A DNA stretch of 64,000 bases. It comes from Callorhinchus milii. Its lineage: Eukaryota. How positions within the stretch are numbered: position 1 is the first letter of the stretch; each line of letters begins with the position of its first letter. The notes below the pieces were generated by a model, which had not been told where the DNA came from, did not search any database, and saw nothing but the letters and a program-made list of their open reading frames with translations. This document shows positions 24,398 to 37,532 of the stretch, piece after piece. Location: the NCBI RefSeq assembly GCF_018977255.1, contig NW_024704742.1:84012001-84076000 (forward strand), read 5' to 3'. A program made the translations under genes and the position numbers.

Positions 24398-26189
24398 CTC
24401 ATGAGGAATTGAGAGGGGGCTTATATGGAGGCACTTTATAGACCGGAGGCAGAATTCAGAGTTTTCATGTCTCTTCCCACAATGACGTTGGCCTGTTTCA
24501 GTGCAGGGTCACAGCTGGAAGCTCTATTTCTCTGCACGACACCTGCTCCCAAATGAAGACATTGCCTCTCCGAGTACTTTTATACCGGAAATCCCAGTAA
24601 AGCCATGTTACTATTAGTTCCGGCCCTAGGACAACTAACAGACACCACACAGAATACAAGACAAAAGAGAAAACAGATATCAACTTTGTGCTGGGATTAG
24701 GCATTCCTGGTACTGTGGTTTTGTTCAGCCTTACTGACATCATATAAAAATTGTCCAATATATAATTTGAAATGAATGGGTGGGTTTTGACTGTACGTCA
24801 AATAGGAACAAATTATTTATTGAGCATTGGCTCCCTTCCCATACATAAAATAAGTCTTGTCGCGATTTGTTTTGACTTTGACAATCTGAAGGTTACTTCT
24901 GCAACCTCTGGAATGGAGTACACAAAGGGTTTCAATACAGTACCAAATCCATGAGGACTGCAACATTTTAACAGAAACAACATGTTTCTGAGTTGGAAAA
25001 ATGGAAAGAGAGCAAGTAAAATCAACAATAAAAGTCTATTTCCCACTGTTTCTCCCCAGTTCCACAGTAGCTCCTTCATATTTCCAGAATCAACAACCAC
25101 TAAAATAACATCACAGTCCGATTAATATTTCAAAGCACAATTAATAGCTTCAATTGCTTTATTATTTATCAAAATATCTCGGAAATCTCATTGTCTTTGA
25201 AATTATATCTCTGTATACAGAAAAACACACAGGACATTTATCAATGGGGAATTCTACTGAAGAGGTAAATATTAACATCAAGAGTAAGCGTTTCAAACAA
25301 AAGTAGATCATTGGTCTATCTTCTTTGCCTAGCGAATCTGCCAAAAGCTTCTGCTACTTGAAACAAAAGACCGTTTACTTAATAGTTATTTCAAGATTTC
25401 TGTCATCAGAGAATGTCTTGAATGTAATCTCCGCTGAAATTAGGAAAACTTTTCAGCTCATGTCAGTCAGTCACGGGTCTGCCAGTCTATGGTGCGACAT
25501 CCTTCTGCATTTTGGATATCATTTGGGACCTGTCAGCAATTGTAGAGCACATTACAGTACAAACTGAGAGGCAATACCCAAAAAATTAAAATTGCTCATG
25601 TTTTCCAATTGAAGGATATGATGACCTGATCCAATGCTTCAAGAGTCATACACTGACAGAACCACTGCTGGATTCAGTGGAAAGTCTCTTTGAGTCTGAA
25701 ACCTGAAATGGCAGATCGGTGTGAGCTATGGGCAGAAAGATTTTTCCTAATAGAAAAAACCTGAATGTTTTTTTCTGCTCAATAAATTGGGAGAGAGAAT
25801 CGGGGAATGTATTTTTTAAGTATATCCTCCAAACTGTAGATTTCCCTTTAAACTTTCCGGTTGGGTAGTGCACTTTACTTCAATTTATCTGTTATTCACC
25901 AAATCAAAAAGCATCAGCAGAACAGATATAGAGAGAATGGTTGGATACCAGTGTCCGCTTGAGAAAAGGCTTGGAGGATATAGGGGTAGTTGTAGTCTGA
26001 GATAAATAACGATGATGCTTATATTTGAAATAGTACTTAAAAAGTTAAAATGCCTTAAAGCAGTCACAGGAATTCCTGTCAAGTGTAATGTGTGTATTAG
26101 GCAAACACATCACCAATTTGTGCACAGCAAGATCTCACAAACAGCCATGTAAATGACCAATTAATCTGGGTGATTGCTGGCCATGACAA

Positions 26190-26990
26190 CACCAACATCC
26201 ACTTACATATCACCTTTCACATAGAATAACATCTTGAAGCACTCCACAGAGATGGAATGTAAACTAAAGCAAGGTGAGAAATGGGGGTGGGGGGAAGGGT
26301 GGTAGGAAGATGACCGAAGGTGCAGTTAAAGGGATAGGTTTTGAAAGCAGAGAGGAGGGTGTGAGGCAGAAGAATTTGGGGAGTGAGTTCCAAAGAAGAG
26401 CCATAGTGATTGAAAGCTTGTCCACATGTTGGGGTGGGGGAGGCCTTAGTTAGTGTAATCGGTGGGTGGGGGAGAAGTCTGAGTTAGTGGAATGGAGGGA
26501 GTGTGTATGCTGGAGATCACAGAAGTAGGATGGGGCAAAGGTATGAAGGTACTTTGAAAGTTGGAGCAAGGATCTTGAAATAATCCGCTGTGGAATAGGA
26601 AGCCATTTGGGGATGGAAGTGATAGGATTGTAGAAACTACTGTGGAAAACATATGGGCTGCAGAATTCTGGATAAAATGGAGTTTACGGAGAGTTGAACT
26701 AGGAAAGGCTGGTGAGGATAGTATTGAGAAATCAAGTCTGAATGTGATTGAGGGTTTTGACTGTCTTCAGATGAGTTTGAGTTGGAGGAAAGTGATATTA
26801 CAGAAGTGGAGCAGAGCAGACATGATGCAGAATCATACGAAAAGTTTAAAGAAGAGCTGAGAGTCAGACAATCCACCAAGATTGCTCACTGGTTGTGTGA
26901 GCTGGAGTGTTCAGGAGAGATGTTGCTAATGTCAGAGTCAGGCCAGGAGGAGCTTGTGAAAGGCAGGCAGAACAGCAGCAGAACATCCCT
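26190..26990 (-). mobile_element. Highly diverged L2
   Basis: Purine-rich L2 antisense pattern (ggatcttgaa..ggaagcca..gctgcagaattctgga) and a tail remnant. Confidence 0.65.
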
Positions 26991-27019
26991 TCTCTTTTTA
27001 AATTATGGTGTGGGATATG

Positions 27020-27230
27020 TGTGCCTAATAACCTGGGCCTAATACTTTCTGGAATTAGGTAAGCAGGTTGTGTACCTCGAGGGAGAGAGTGCACATTCCA
27101 TTCCAACAATCTATCTCTGGGATTTCCATGTGTAGGTGGGATGCATGGAATTCTCAATTTGCTTTGGATACTCTTAAGCATGGTGATGGGTTTCCACATG
27201 TGTCAGACACCCGGCTTACCACCCAAAAAA
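27020..27230 (+). mobile_element. Unidentified ~600-bp SINE-like family, 3' fragment
   Basis: cctaatactttctggaatt..catggtgatgggtttccacatgtgtcagacacccggct plus A-rich end; matches 46900-47125. Confidence 0.75.
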
Positions 27231-27481
27231 ATGTGGGATATCTAACACCCACCTTAAAAGGTAGACAGAGTCTTTGTTTAAAGTGTTGGATTGCAATTTA
27301 ATGTAATCATAATTCTTCCATTTTGCAATATTGTATTTGTAGATTATGCAGTAGTTCACTATTTGTAATAATGATGATAATAACCCTTACATTGGATCCT
27401 GACTGTTTTGTGGGCGAATATGGCAGCCAATTGCGCAAATCAATGTCCCACAAACAGCCATGACCATATTATTTGGGGTAT

Positions 27482-27620
27482 TTGAAACAAAGCAGAAGTC
27501 ACTGGGAACACTCAGCAGGTCAGGAAACATCTATGGAGAAGGGAAAGTGAGTCAATCTTTCGGGTCGTGGACTTCTACTTTTGTTTCAGATTTCCAGCAT
27601 CTGCAGTATTTTGCGTTTTG
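27482..27620. mobile_element. Internally deleted copy of the palindromic hammerhead-bearing element
   Basis: Left arm gaagtcactgggaacactcagcaggtcagg..tttcgggtc joined to right-arm remnant gacttctacttttgtttcagatttccagcatctgcagta. Confidence 0.75.
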
Positions 27621-28307
27621 TCCATAGACTATGTTGCTTTAAGACGAGGACAGTCTAGTGTGTTGAGAAAATGCTGCTGCTATTATCTTGCTGATCAGTA
27701 TGGTAATATGATCTTGAAAGACAGTGTGTGGTCAAGAACTTTGAGTCAATACTGTCAAGATTAGTGTTAATCACTGAGGGGCCTTCTTTAGCAAGACATT
27801 GTAATGAGCCCAATAAAATGAATGCTGTTTGGTTTCTGGTTAAACTAAGCAAATTTTTGATAAAGTCACTGAGAGACAGAGTCATACTCTTATTTATTTT
27901 CAACTGTGTTAGGAGATTACTAAACGCAAATTGTGTTTTCATCAAACAAAAAGGCTCTGGAGTGTGAACACACCTCAGGGAGCTCATTATTGTAACAAAG
28001 GAATACTAATGGTTCTAAAAAGAGACAGCCTGAGGTTACACCACTTCCAAATGGGATAACTGGGATTAAAATCAGATAACTGTTTCCAAATGCAGTACTT
28101 TCCTGTCTGTTGTCTGGAACTTCAATGTAACCAAAGTATGACCTGATCAGATAAACCAAACTCTTTACATTCACAGATGCTTAGAATTTCATATCAACAA
28201 CCATACTATGCTTAAAGCAGGGGCCTGCCTATATTAGGAATTTCAGCAATTATTAACTCCTACTTATCATCCGCTTAAAATCCATGTGTGGCTGAGGCTA
28301 CTTTAAG

Positions 28308-28718
28308 CAGTTTGAATGCCTGTACACACATTCCAATTTACGCTTTATTTAGTTTACAGTTTTGCCTCTGATGCTACTGGTTGTGATGTAAAGGAATTGA
28401 GATTGCAAAAGGAGCGCTTTCTCACTGTGTACTACAGTGGTGTCAGCTGAGATACCAAAGACTTTATCTAGTACACATGAGGCAGACTTTATCAAGTACA
28501 CATGAGGCAGACTTTATCTAGTACACATGAGGCAAAAGCTTCAATGTCAGTACACACATTCCAATTTACACTTTATTTATGCTTTATTTAGTGTACAGTT
28601 TTGCCTCTGATGCTACTGGTTGTGATGTAAAGTAATTGAGATTAAAAATGGAGCACTTTCTCACAACAGTGGTGTCAGTGGAGATACTAACAAACTTTAT
28701 CTAGTACACATGAGGCAG
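28308..28718. repeat. Tandem duplication of about 180 bp with a nested 25-bp triplication
   Basis: gtacacacattccaattta..ttttgcctctgatgctactggttgtgatgtaaag occurs at 28322 and 28550; gactttatctagtacacatgaggca x3 at 28460-28534. Confidence 0.92.
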
Positions 28719-28744
28719 AAGGGAATAGAAAGTTTTGGAAGGGA

Positions 28745-28840
28745 GTAATAAATGGATGGACACTCATATGGAGTATAAACACCAGCACAAACTTGTTGGG
28801 TTAAATGCCCTGTTTCCGTGCTGTACAATCTATGTATCTA
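28745..28840 (+). mobile_element. CR1 3' UTR remnant
   Basis: ggagtataaacaccagcacaaacttgttgggttaaatgccctgtttccgtgctgtacaatctatg. Confidence 0.65.
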
Positions 28841-29029
28841 GCTTGCATGCGCTTGAATCTGGTGAAATATATTTGATGCCATCTCACATAGTGCATGTAT
28901 ACTAGACAAACATCATCTTTTGTTGGTGTCAAGTGTCATCACCAATTGTTGGATTTAACATGTAACGTCAAAATGAATGTAATGCTCAACTGAGGTTATG
29001 TTTTATAAGGAAGAGAAGGCTTCTCTTCT

Positions 29030-30432
29030 CAATTACCAACCAGCTCCTCTGTCCACCCTCTCATGCCTCTCCCATCCTCTCCTCCAACACCAACTAAGAA
29101 AAGATGTTGGATTTCCTTGAGACCAAAATCGAGGGGATCCAATCAGCTGCCTCCGTCCTCCCAACCGGCACGCCCTCTCTATATCTCCCTCACATTCCGG
29201 CCTCGACTCATCCCTCCCTCCACACATTTGAACCTATCTCTCCTCCTCTCTCACCACGACTATAACCCTCATGAAACCCACTACCTTCTCCCACGACCCC
29301 ATCCCTACCCCTCTCCTCACCTCCCTGCTCCCCCTTCTCTCCCCTTTACTCTCAGACCTCGTCAACCTCTCCCTGTCAATTGGCACCGTTCCCACCCCCC
29401 TAAAAATAGCTGTCATCACCCCTATCCTAAAACAAACCTTCCCTGGACCCATTCCTGCTCACTAAATGCCACCCCATCCCCAATCTCCCTTTCCTTTCCA
29501 AGGTTCTTGAAAGAGTTATAGCTTCCCAGCTTCACTCCTTCCTATCCTGCCACTCCCTTTATGAACTCCTCCAATCGGGTTTCTGTACAGCCCCAGGCAA
29601 GGTGACAAATGACATTCTGTCCATCTGCGACCAGGTCTCCTCGTCCTCCTCGACCTCTCTGCTGCCTTCGACATTGTGGACCACTCTATTCTCCTCTTCA
29701 AGGTTCTATCCTTGAATGATTCCGATCCTATCTGTCACACCGGCTCCACTTTGTATCCACAAACTGCTTCTCCTCCAGCCCGCCACTACCTCACCCCTTA
29801 GTGCTGTCAAAATCATTATAAATGCCTTCATTACATCCAGGCTCAACTATGCCAATGCCCTGCTTGTCGGCCTTCCCAACTCTTCCCTCCACAAGCTGCA
29901 GGTCATCCAGAACTCTGCAGCTTGTATCCTCTCATGCACCAGGCTCCGTGACCCCATCACCCCCACCCTTGCCCGGCTCCACTGGCTCTCCATCTCTCAG
30001 AGGATCGAGTTCAGAATCCTCACCCTCACCTTCAAGGCCCTCCACAGCCTTGATCCCTCCTATCTCTCCGACCTGCTAACCCCCTATTAAACTGTCCGCT
30101 CCCTCCTCTCAGCAGGCTCTGGCTTGCTCCATGTACTCCGCCCAGCCCACCTCATCATGCCGGTGGTCGGGCCTTCAGCTTCTCTGCCCCCACCCTCTAG
30201 GACTCCATCCCACGTTCCTTCACCTCGCTCCCTCCCTTGCCTCCTTCAAGGCATGTCACAAGACCCTCTTCTTCAACTGTGCCTTCGGTCACCCTCGAAC
30301 CCCCATTCTCCCCGTCATCCACTCTCCCTGATCCCAACCCCCCATTCCCAGCTTGTGTCCTAATCCCTGACTGTTCAGGACCTTGGGACGTGTTCCTGAC
30401 GTGAAGGGCTTTACGAATGTAATTTTGTATTT
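29030..30432 (+). mobile_element. L2 LINE, fragmented and deleted
   Basis: ORFs 29271-29465 (MKPTTFSHDPIPTPLL..VPTPLKIAVITPILK) and 29716-30090 (AFITSRLNYANALL..LHWL); tail at about 30380-30432. Confidence 0.9.
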
Positions 30433-30800
30433 TAGATGTTGTTACTTGTTACGATAGTGCTAAAACGATAACCATAAAACCTTACATTGAAGCTATTATT
30501 TTCCTCTGTTGCATTTGTTGTGAGAATAGGCAGCTCACCCCTGTTTGCTATGATACTACTGCTATACCTCTAACTGGCCAAACCAAATATGGAAATCAGT
30601 AAGTTTCTGTCCATTATAAAAAATAACATACTCGGAAGTATCTTTCAAGACAGCAACACATTGGCCTACAAATATGCAGTCACTGCACTTGACCCCAATT
30701 ATTTGACAAGTGCTTTGAAATGTTTTTACCTTATCGGAGTCATATCAAAGACTATTAAATTTCATCTTGGTGTTGAGATAAACAACAAGACCTTTACTCT

Positions 30801-31013
30801 AACAAAAGTCGCTGGGAACACTCAGCAGGTCAGGCAGCTTCTATGGGGAAAGGAAAGTGAGTCAACGTTTAGGGTCCATGACCCTTCATCGGGACTCTTC
30901 ATGGACCCAAAATGTTGACTCACTTTCCTTTCTCCATAGATGCTGCCTGAGCTGCGGAGTGTTCCCAGTGACTTCTGTTTTTGTTTCAGATTTCTCGCAT
31001 ATGCAGTGTTTTG
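30801..31013. mobile_element. Third copy of the palindromic hammerhead-bearing element, centre partly deleted
   Basis: Inverted arms gtcgctgggaacactcagcagg.. / ..ctgcggagtgttcccagtgac; retains AACGTT at 30864-30869. Confidence 0.78.
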
Positions 31014-31842
31014 AAGACCTTTACTCTTGCAGTTTTTATGCCACCTCAACTCCAGAATGTGGTACTGTTTTATCTCACAACCCATTGCAGATTGTATATT
31101 TTTGGACTCAGAATTTCCAGGTAAGAGCGATTTCTCATAGACCTATAGGGGTAAATTAATTGTCTTGCACAAATGTTATCATGCATCAAGGATAGGATGT
31201 AACTCTATTGTTAAATAAAACCTCTGTATAAAATGAAACAATATAGAGTATAAACACATTGTATCATGATTTTCAAGGTTGTAATTCAATCTTGAAGTTC
31301 AAATTACTGCTAAAACTGCTTGATTTCTCACACATCATTCCATTTGATTGGATTATTGCTTTGTAATCACCCGCCTCCATTTGTTTCCACTCTTCTTTGT
31401 TCCTCCTCTAATTTTCATTATTTACCTTCTCTTTCAAACTGGAGTAAAGTTCCACAGTAGCCGTAGTCTTCAACACTTTCCCAATGGTCTTTTGTTATGT
31501 GGCAATCAGGAATGTGAGTGTCAATTGGTTACTTCTCTGTAGGGCTGGAGCCCATCCTCAACCAAAATCCACAGAAGATCATTTTCCAGCAGAAATCACC
31601 ATAAAGAAACTTGCAGTGGGAATCTTGACTGATTTGTTTCCTCCCTCACCTGGAGACACCTAATGCACTTGTAGGTACCACTGCCAAGGCTAATATTGGC
31701 CAATTTAGCATAGACCATGGATTGAACATTTGTATCCATGGGTCACACGAAGAATGAAATACTGTAAGTGAATAATAAATTACACCACGAGAGGGTACAC
31801 AGGCACTACTGTTCACAGGTTCCTCCTTTAAAAATGATGATA

Positions 31843-32335
31843 ACAACAACAACAAGATTACATTTGTATTACATTTCACGTCGGGAGGATGTCCCAAGGT
31901 GCTGGATAGAGTATAGCATTTTAGACCTGAGCTGGGGTTGTGGGGGGAAGGGAGGAGAGGGGAAGAGGGGTGGCTGATGGCATGGTCGAAGAGGAGGGTC
32001 TTGAGGCGGGACTTGAAGATGGCTAAGGAGGGGGTGAGGCGGAGTGACTGGGAGATGGAATTCCAGAGATTGGGGGCAGAATAGCTGAAGGCTCTCCGGC
32101 CAATGGTGGGGCGAGTGGGTCGGGGGACGTGGAGCAGGCCAGAGCCGGCTGAGCGGAGGGAACGGGTGGGTTGGTAGGTGGTTAGGAGGTCGCAGAGGTA
32201 GGGTGGGGCGAAATCATAGAGGGCTTTGTATGTGAGGATCAGGATCTTGAACTGGATCTTCTGAAGGATAGGGAGTCAATGGAGTCGGGCGAGAGTGGGG
32301 CAGATGGGGTCACGAAGTTTGGTGCAGGAGGATAG
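31843..32335 (-). mobile_element. L2 3' fragment
   Basis: (CAA)n tail, cacgtcgggaggatgtcccaagg; close match to 10950-11440. Confidence 0.9.
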
Positions 32336-33114
32336 GACGAGAGGATAAACAGCAGTATTAAGAAAACCATCTTCATTAAATTGTTTCCCCTGCGCTTTTC
32401 TCAATTAATGCTGAGGATTGGAATCAAGTTCAGCTCTGCCCTTATTCCCTCCAATGGATCAGATGCAATTCACACTGTCAATAACTCTTCCCAACTGATT
32501 TAATTTACTCAGTGAAGTGAATAACCATGTTGGAAAGGCTTTTTTTAAAAAAATATTTAGAAACTGTGCCCAAAGGCAACTGAGGAAAATGCAAATATAT
32601 AATTTTAATATTATAGCCTGTATTATTCAACTCTTAGCAGCATAATTGCATAGACAAAATTCCCATGGTTCCAAAATGATGGGTCAAAGTGGATTGTAGA
32701 ACAATTGAGTTATTTGGATTAAACTTCTAGTACAGAACAAATTAAAACTTGATTTTTACCATTTTCCCCAGTGAGGTTTCACTTTTCGCCAGGCAGTATT
32801 AAGCAATGGGTGCTACTTTTCCATATTTAATATAAGATATACACTATTTTTCATAGGCTCAAATCCAACTGCTCTGTTTTTCAGTAAAGGATAAACAATA
32901 CAATACCTACGCTTTATAAACTATAGTATTCTTTTGCTAAATTTCTCTGTCATCTGCATTTCTCTCAAGGGCATTAACCAACTCTTGCTAGCGCAACTGG
33001 CACCAGTAGGTTTGCAGAATTGCACAAGCACCCATTCTTCAGACACAACCTCAAACAATAAGTGTAGCCCAATGGGTTTAGCTGTAGAAATAAATCTGTT
33101 CCAGATTTTATGTG

Positions 33115-33347
33115 ACATACAAACATGTGTACTTTCCAGCAGGGGTTCAATGAATACTGAATGGGAAGCCTTGACTTAGTTTTCTTCTCCCTAGGATAGG
33201 GATGCTGAGATCAGTTGTACTAGCCTCACTGTTACTCTAGCTGGGATCTGCTAACTCAGCAAAGACCAAGAACCAAACCTACAATTTTCTGGTCCACAAG
33301 ACGTAATGCAACACACAACAGCGCCTTTAGCCACTAGGCCATTGGAA
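33115..33347 (-). mobile_element. AmnSINE2-like SINE
   Basis: actttccagcagggg..ccctaggatagggatgctgagatcagttgta..aactcagcaaagacc..tttagccactaggccattgg (reverse head). Confidence 0.55.
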
Positions 33348-33380
33348 TAGGAGCCCAGATTTGGTCAATTCAACACAGAT

Positions 33381-33573
33381 TATTTTTGGTTAGCCGGGTG
33401 TCTGACACATGCGGAAACCCATCACCATGCTTAAGAGTATCCTAACCTAACTGATATTTCCATGCATTCCACCTATACATGGAAATTCCAGACGTAGATT
33501 GTTGGAATGGAATACGCACTCTCTCTCTCTGGAGGGACACTTCCTACTTACCCAATTTCAGAAAGTATTCATT
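33381..33573 (-). mobile_element. Unidentified ~600-bp SINE-like family, 3' fragment
   Basis: agccgggtgtctgacacatgcggaaacccatcaccatgcttaagagtatcc. Confidence 0.75.
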
Positions 33574-33827
33574 ATGTGGATTCTCTCGTGTTAAAAATCT
33601 CCATTGTAATTTTGTCCCCAAATGTGAACTACACTTTTCAAATACAAGACCAAATTCCACCACTCTGATACTGAAAAAGCCTCTGCCTGTTTCAATGCAT
33701 TTTACATCTACCAATGTATCCCCCTCACATTGTTTACCAGGTGTACAAGATACAATTTTATGTGTGCTTGCTTGCACTGGAAGATACACAGTGCTACTTG
33801 AATATCAATTCAACCAAATATTATCTC

Positions 33828-34232
33828 ATAATAATAATCTTTGCATTTGATATGTCTTTGCCTCATTTCATTGAGAAGTCTCAAAGTGCTTCATAGGATA
33901 TACTGTAAAGGGATTTTGGACTGTAATTTTTGTAGCTGAAGCACGACAGCCATGAGATGAGTGACCAATTTTAATTGGGGCATAGTTGGCCGTAACAACG
34001 GGAGAAACTCCCTTCTCTTTTCAAATAGTGCCATGAAATCTTTAAAGTCCTCCAGAACAGGCAGGCGAGACCTTGGTTTAACATCTCGTCTGAAGAACAA
34101 CACCTTCAACACTGCAACGCACACCCAGTATTGCATTGAAGTGACAGCTTGGACTATATGATTCCAAGTCCTGACATGGGGCTTGAACCTCCTGACTCAG
34201 AGGCAAGAGTTCTACCACTGAGCCAGGTTGAC
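33828..34232 (-). mobile_element. Deu-domain SINE, near full length
   Basis: gggagaaactcccttctcttttcaaatagtgccatgaaatcttt..; reverse tRNA-like head ggctcagtggtagaactcttgcctctgagtcag..gttcaagcc. Confidence 0.8.
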
Positions 34233-34768
34233 ACAAGTATTATCATACTAGAGATACAATAACAACTTGCATTAAATAGCAACCATCAAGTGGGGTAGCA
34301 TCTCAGAGCACTGAACAATGGCAAAGTTTGACACCAAATTAGGGAGAAAGGTGAGGTGACCATAGGTCAAACAGAAAAGCCTTTAAGTGCTATTTGAAAA
34401 TCGGCAAAGAAGGGGCAAGATGGAGATAAGTAAAAAGTTTAGCAACAGAACTATAATAGTTATTCGTCCATGGCAATAACAGCACACATTTACATTTTTG
34501 GGTAATATTCCTCTCCACCTCCTTCATAAGGCATTTTTAATCCATTTCCTTTCTATTGGGATACAGTTTGTATTAGTGCCAGTTCCCCTCTGTTTCTTTG
34601 TGCAAGTGGTTGTTCATCATACATGAGGCATAACAATATGTATCAGCAAGTGATTTGCAGTCAAGCCCAATCCTTTCCTTATCCAACATTCATGCATATG
34701 CACCTCCAGCAGAGATCGCTGGAGAGTGATCAGGTTTTCCATTCCCTACTCAATATCCTCCTGGTTTT

Positions 34769-35597
34769 GGGATCTCCTTGGGGGCTCAGCTGACTCCAAA
34801 GTGATGTATTTTTCAATAGAATGTCAACTCTCTATGTTGGTCTTAATAATCTGGTTCTTGAGTCAAGTGAATCTGTGATACTCCAAGGCACTGCTGATAA
34901 CAGAACAGCCAGCCTGACTCATCTGTAGGACTTGGAAGAGCAGACCAGTCACTGGGGGCAGGAGTTCTTCCCACCCAGCTCCAATTAACCCTGAAGGCCT
35001 AAGCCCTAACAGGAAGGGTGATCTTAGCTAGACAAGCAGTGGGAAGCTTCTCAGACAATGCTGACAGTACGGTTTTAGCTGTACCAGCAATACCCCAAAT
35101 CACACTATAGTGGCCTCAAGCCTTGTCTCTTCCCATCCTCAGTGGTTAGAGCACTCGCCTCACAAGCGAGAGACGTGGGTTCGATTCCCGGCAGGGCGAA
35201 ACCTAGGACAAGTTTCCTTACTCCACATGCCTGATAATAATCCTTCAAAAAAAAAGAATAATAAATTGGTCATTTCAATCCAAAACTGCTGTGCGCAATT
35301 AGCTGTCTCGTTTCACCCACAAATATATAGTCAATTCACTTTACAGTCTATTCTGTGAAGCGCCTTGAGACGTCTAGAAGATGTGAAAAAGTGCTATATT
35401 AAATACAAGGATTATTATTATTGTTATTATTATCCTCCACCTAATACTTTCTGGAATGATTTAAGCAGATGCATCTCTCCGGGGAGATTGTGCACATTCC
35501 ATTCTAGACAGAGGCAATCCCATGCTGTTAGGAAATTTAGGTGGCATGTATATCTGATTTCTCCATGCGTCAGACACCCAGCTGACATTAAAAAAAT
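34769..35597 (+). mobile_element. Unidentified ~600-bp SINE-like element, full length, interrupted by a CORE-like SINE
   Basis: 34769-35139 aligns to the 5' two-thirds of 46521-47125; 35434-35597 aligns to the rest. Confidence 0.7.
35140..35433 (+). mobile_element. CORE-like SINE, short variant, nested in the preceding element
   Basis: ctcagtggttagagcactcgc..gggttcgattcccggcagggcgaaacc; (ATT)n tail. Confidence 0.9.
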
Positions 35598-35750
35598 CCT
35601 GTCAATCCAGCTGCCCCTTCTTGTTCCCCCAGTTAGCTAATGTCATGAATCTCTCCTTTTCCCCTGCTATGGCATTCCCTATTTTCCAAACTGTCTCTCA
35701 AGAAACCCACATTGGATTCTTCCAAACTCTCCATTATCACCTCAACTTTA

Positions 35751-36061
35751 GTAGTCCTGTAACTCATTGGTTAGAGCACTCGCCTTGCAAGCGAGAGACC
35801 TGGGTTCGATTCCCAGCGGGGCAAAACCTTGGGCTCGTTTCCTTACTCCACTCCTTACCTGATAATAATCCCACAAGAGCAATAAAATTGCTCACTTCAA
35901 TCCACAACTGTTTCTGGGAAACTGCTGTACGCAATTGACTGCCACGTTTCGCCCAAAATATACAGTCAATTCACTTTACAGTATATTTTGTGAAACACTT
36001 TGAGACGTCTAGAAGACATGAAAAGTGCTATATCAAATGCAAGGATTATTATCATTATTAT
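35751..36061 (+). mobile_element. CORE-like SINE, short variant, inserted in an old L2
   Basis: gtagtcctgtaactcattggttagagcactcgc..gggttcgattccc; L2 remnants on both sides (35600-35750 and 36062-36837). Confidence 0.88.
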
Positions 36062-36837
36062 CTACCCATCCAACCTGCCCTCACTCTCCAAAGTGCTAGA
36101 ATGCTTTGTTATCTCCTATATTCATTCTTCCCTTTCCGACCACTATTTGTATGAGCCCCTCACATCTGACATCTGCTTTGACCACAATTCTGGTGAAAGT
36201 CATGAATGACATCCTCTCTGAGCTGCTTGTACCCCCTTGATCTCTCAACCACTGCATCTTTCACTGACTTCTTCTTGGTACATATGCACAGCTCTATACT
36301 TTGCTGATTTCTCTTTTCTGTCCCAGATTCTTCACTTCATTTCTTCTAAGGATTTCTTCGCCTGCGGCTCTACCCTCATCCCTTTTCCTGTTCCTCTTCT
36401 ACATTCTCCTAATTTCTGCACAAGTTCAAGATCATCCTGAACTCTACAGCTTACATTTTCTTCCATACTAGGATTTGCAAGCTCATCGGCCCCATCCTTG
36501 TCTGGCTCCATTAGCTTCCCATCCCTGAGTCGATCAACTTTAAGGTCTTCATCCTTAATTTCAAATGCGTTCACACCCCCTTGCCCCACTCTATGATCTC
36601 TTGTGCGCGTACTTTCAAGGCTTCTCCACCAATCCACCAGTACCAGCCTGATTAATTTGAGGGTGAGGTTTCATCCATTTTGCCCACAACCTCTGGAACT
36701 CTCTTCCCAAATACCTCCACCTTGCCCCCACCCATTTTTGCTATCTAAAAAAAACTCTTTAATTGCCCCTTTGGCCATGCCCCCACCATCTCTTTAAAGA
36801 ACTCTCAGATGTTCTTCCTACATGAAGAGCGCTATAT

Positions 36838-37532
36838 AACAACAAAATTACGATTATAAAGTGACTTTCACATTGGGAGGATGTCCCAAGGCACTGGACA
36901 GACAGAGTTATAGACCCGAGCTGGGGTCGGGGAAGGTGGAGGGCAGGGAAGAAGCAGGGAGATCAACAACAAGGTTGAAGAAGACGGTCTTGAGATCAAC
37001 TTGAAGGAGGCAAGGGAGGGGATGAGGCAAAGGGACTGTGGAATGGAGTTCCAGAGGGTGGGGGCAGAGTGGCAGAAGGCCCGCCCACCAATAGTGGGGC
37101 AAGCAAGGCGGGGGACATGAAGCAGGCCGGAGCCCGCTGAGTGGAGGGAGTGAGCAGGATGATAGGGGTTAGGAGGTCGCAGAGGTAGGGGAGGAGCAAG
37201 GCCATGGAGGGCTTTGAAGGTGAGGACCAGGATCTTGAATTGTATCCTCTGTGTGATGGGAAGCCAGTGGAGTCGGGCAAGGATGGGGGCGATAGGGTCA
37301 CAGAGCCAAGTGTGGGAAAGGACACGGGCTGCAGAGTTCTGGATGATCTGCAGCCTATGGAAGGAGGAGTTGGGGAGGCCAACAGCAATGAGTTTGCATA
37401 GTCGAACCTCGATGTAATGAAAGCATGTATGAGGGTTTCGGTGGTCTGCAGTGTGAGACAGTGGCGGAGCCGGGCGATGCTGTGGAGGTGGGGGAAGGCA
37501 GAGCGGGTCATGGCACAGATGTGGGGTAGAAA
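36838..37532 (-). mobile_element. L2 3' fragment
   Basis: ORF 36996-37511 TRSAFPHLHSIARLRHCL..ETLIHAFITSRFDYANSLL. Confidence 0.9.

Noticed and set aside
28460..28534. 25-bp direct repeats as a CRISPR-like array, or the surrounding unit as a C/D snoRNA
   Set aside because: Repeats abut with no spacers; C-box matches are imperfect and the CTGA at about 28447 is not kept in the second copy
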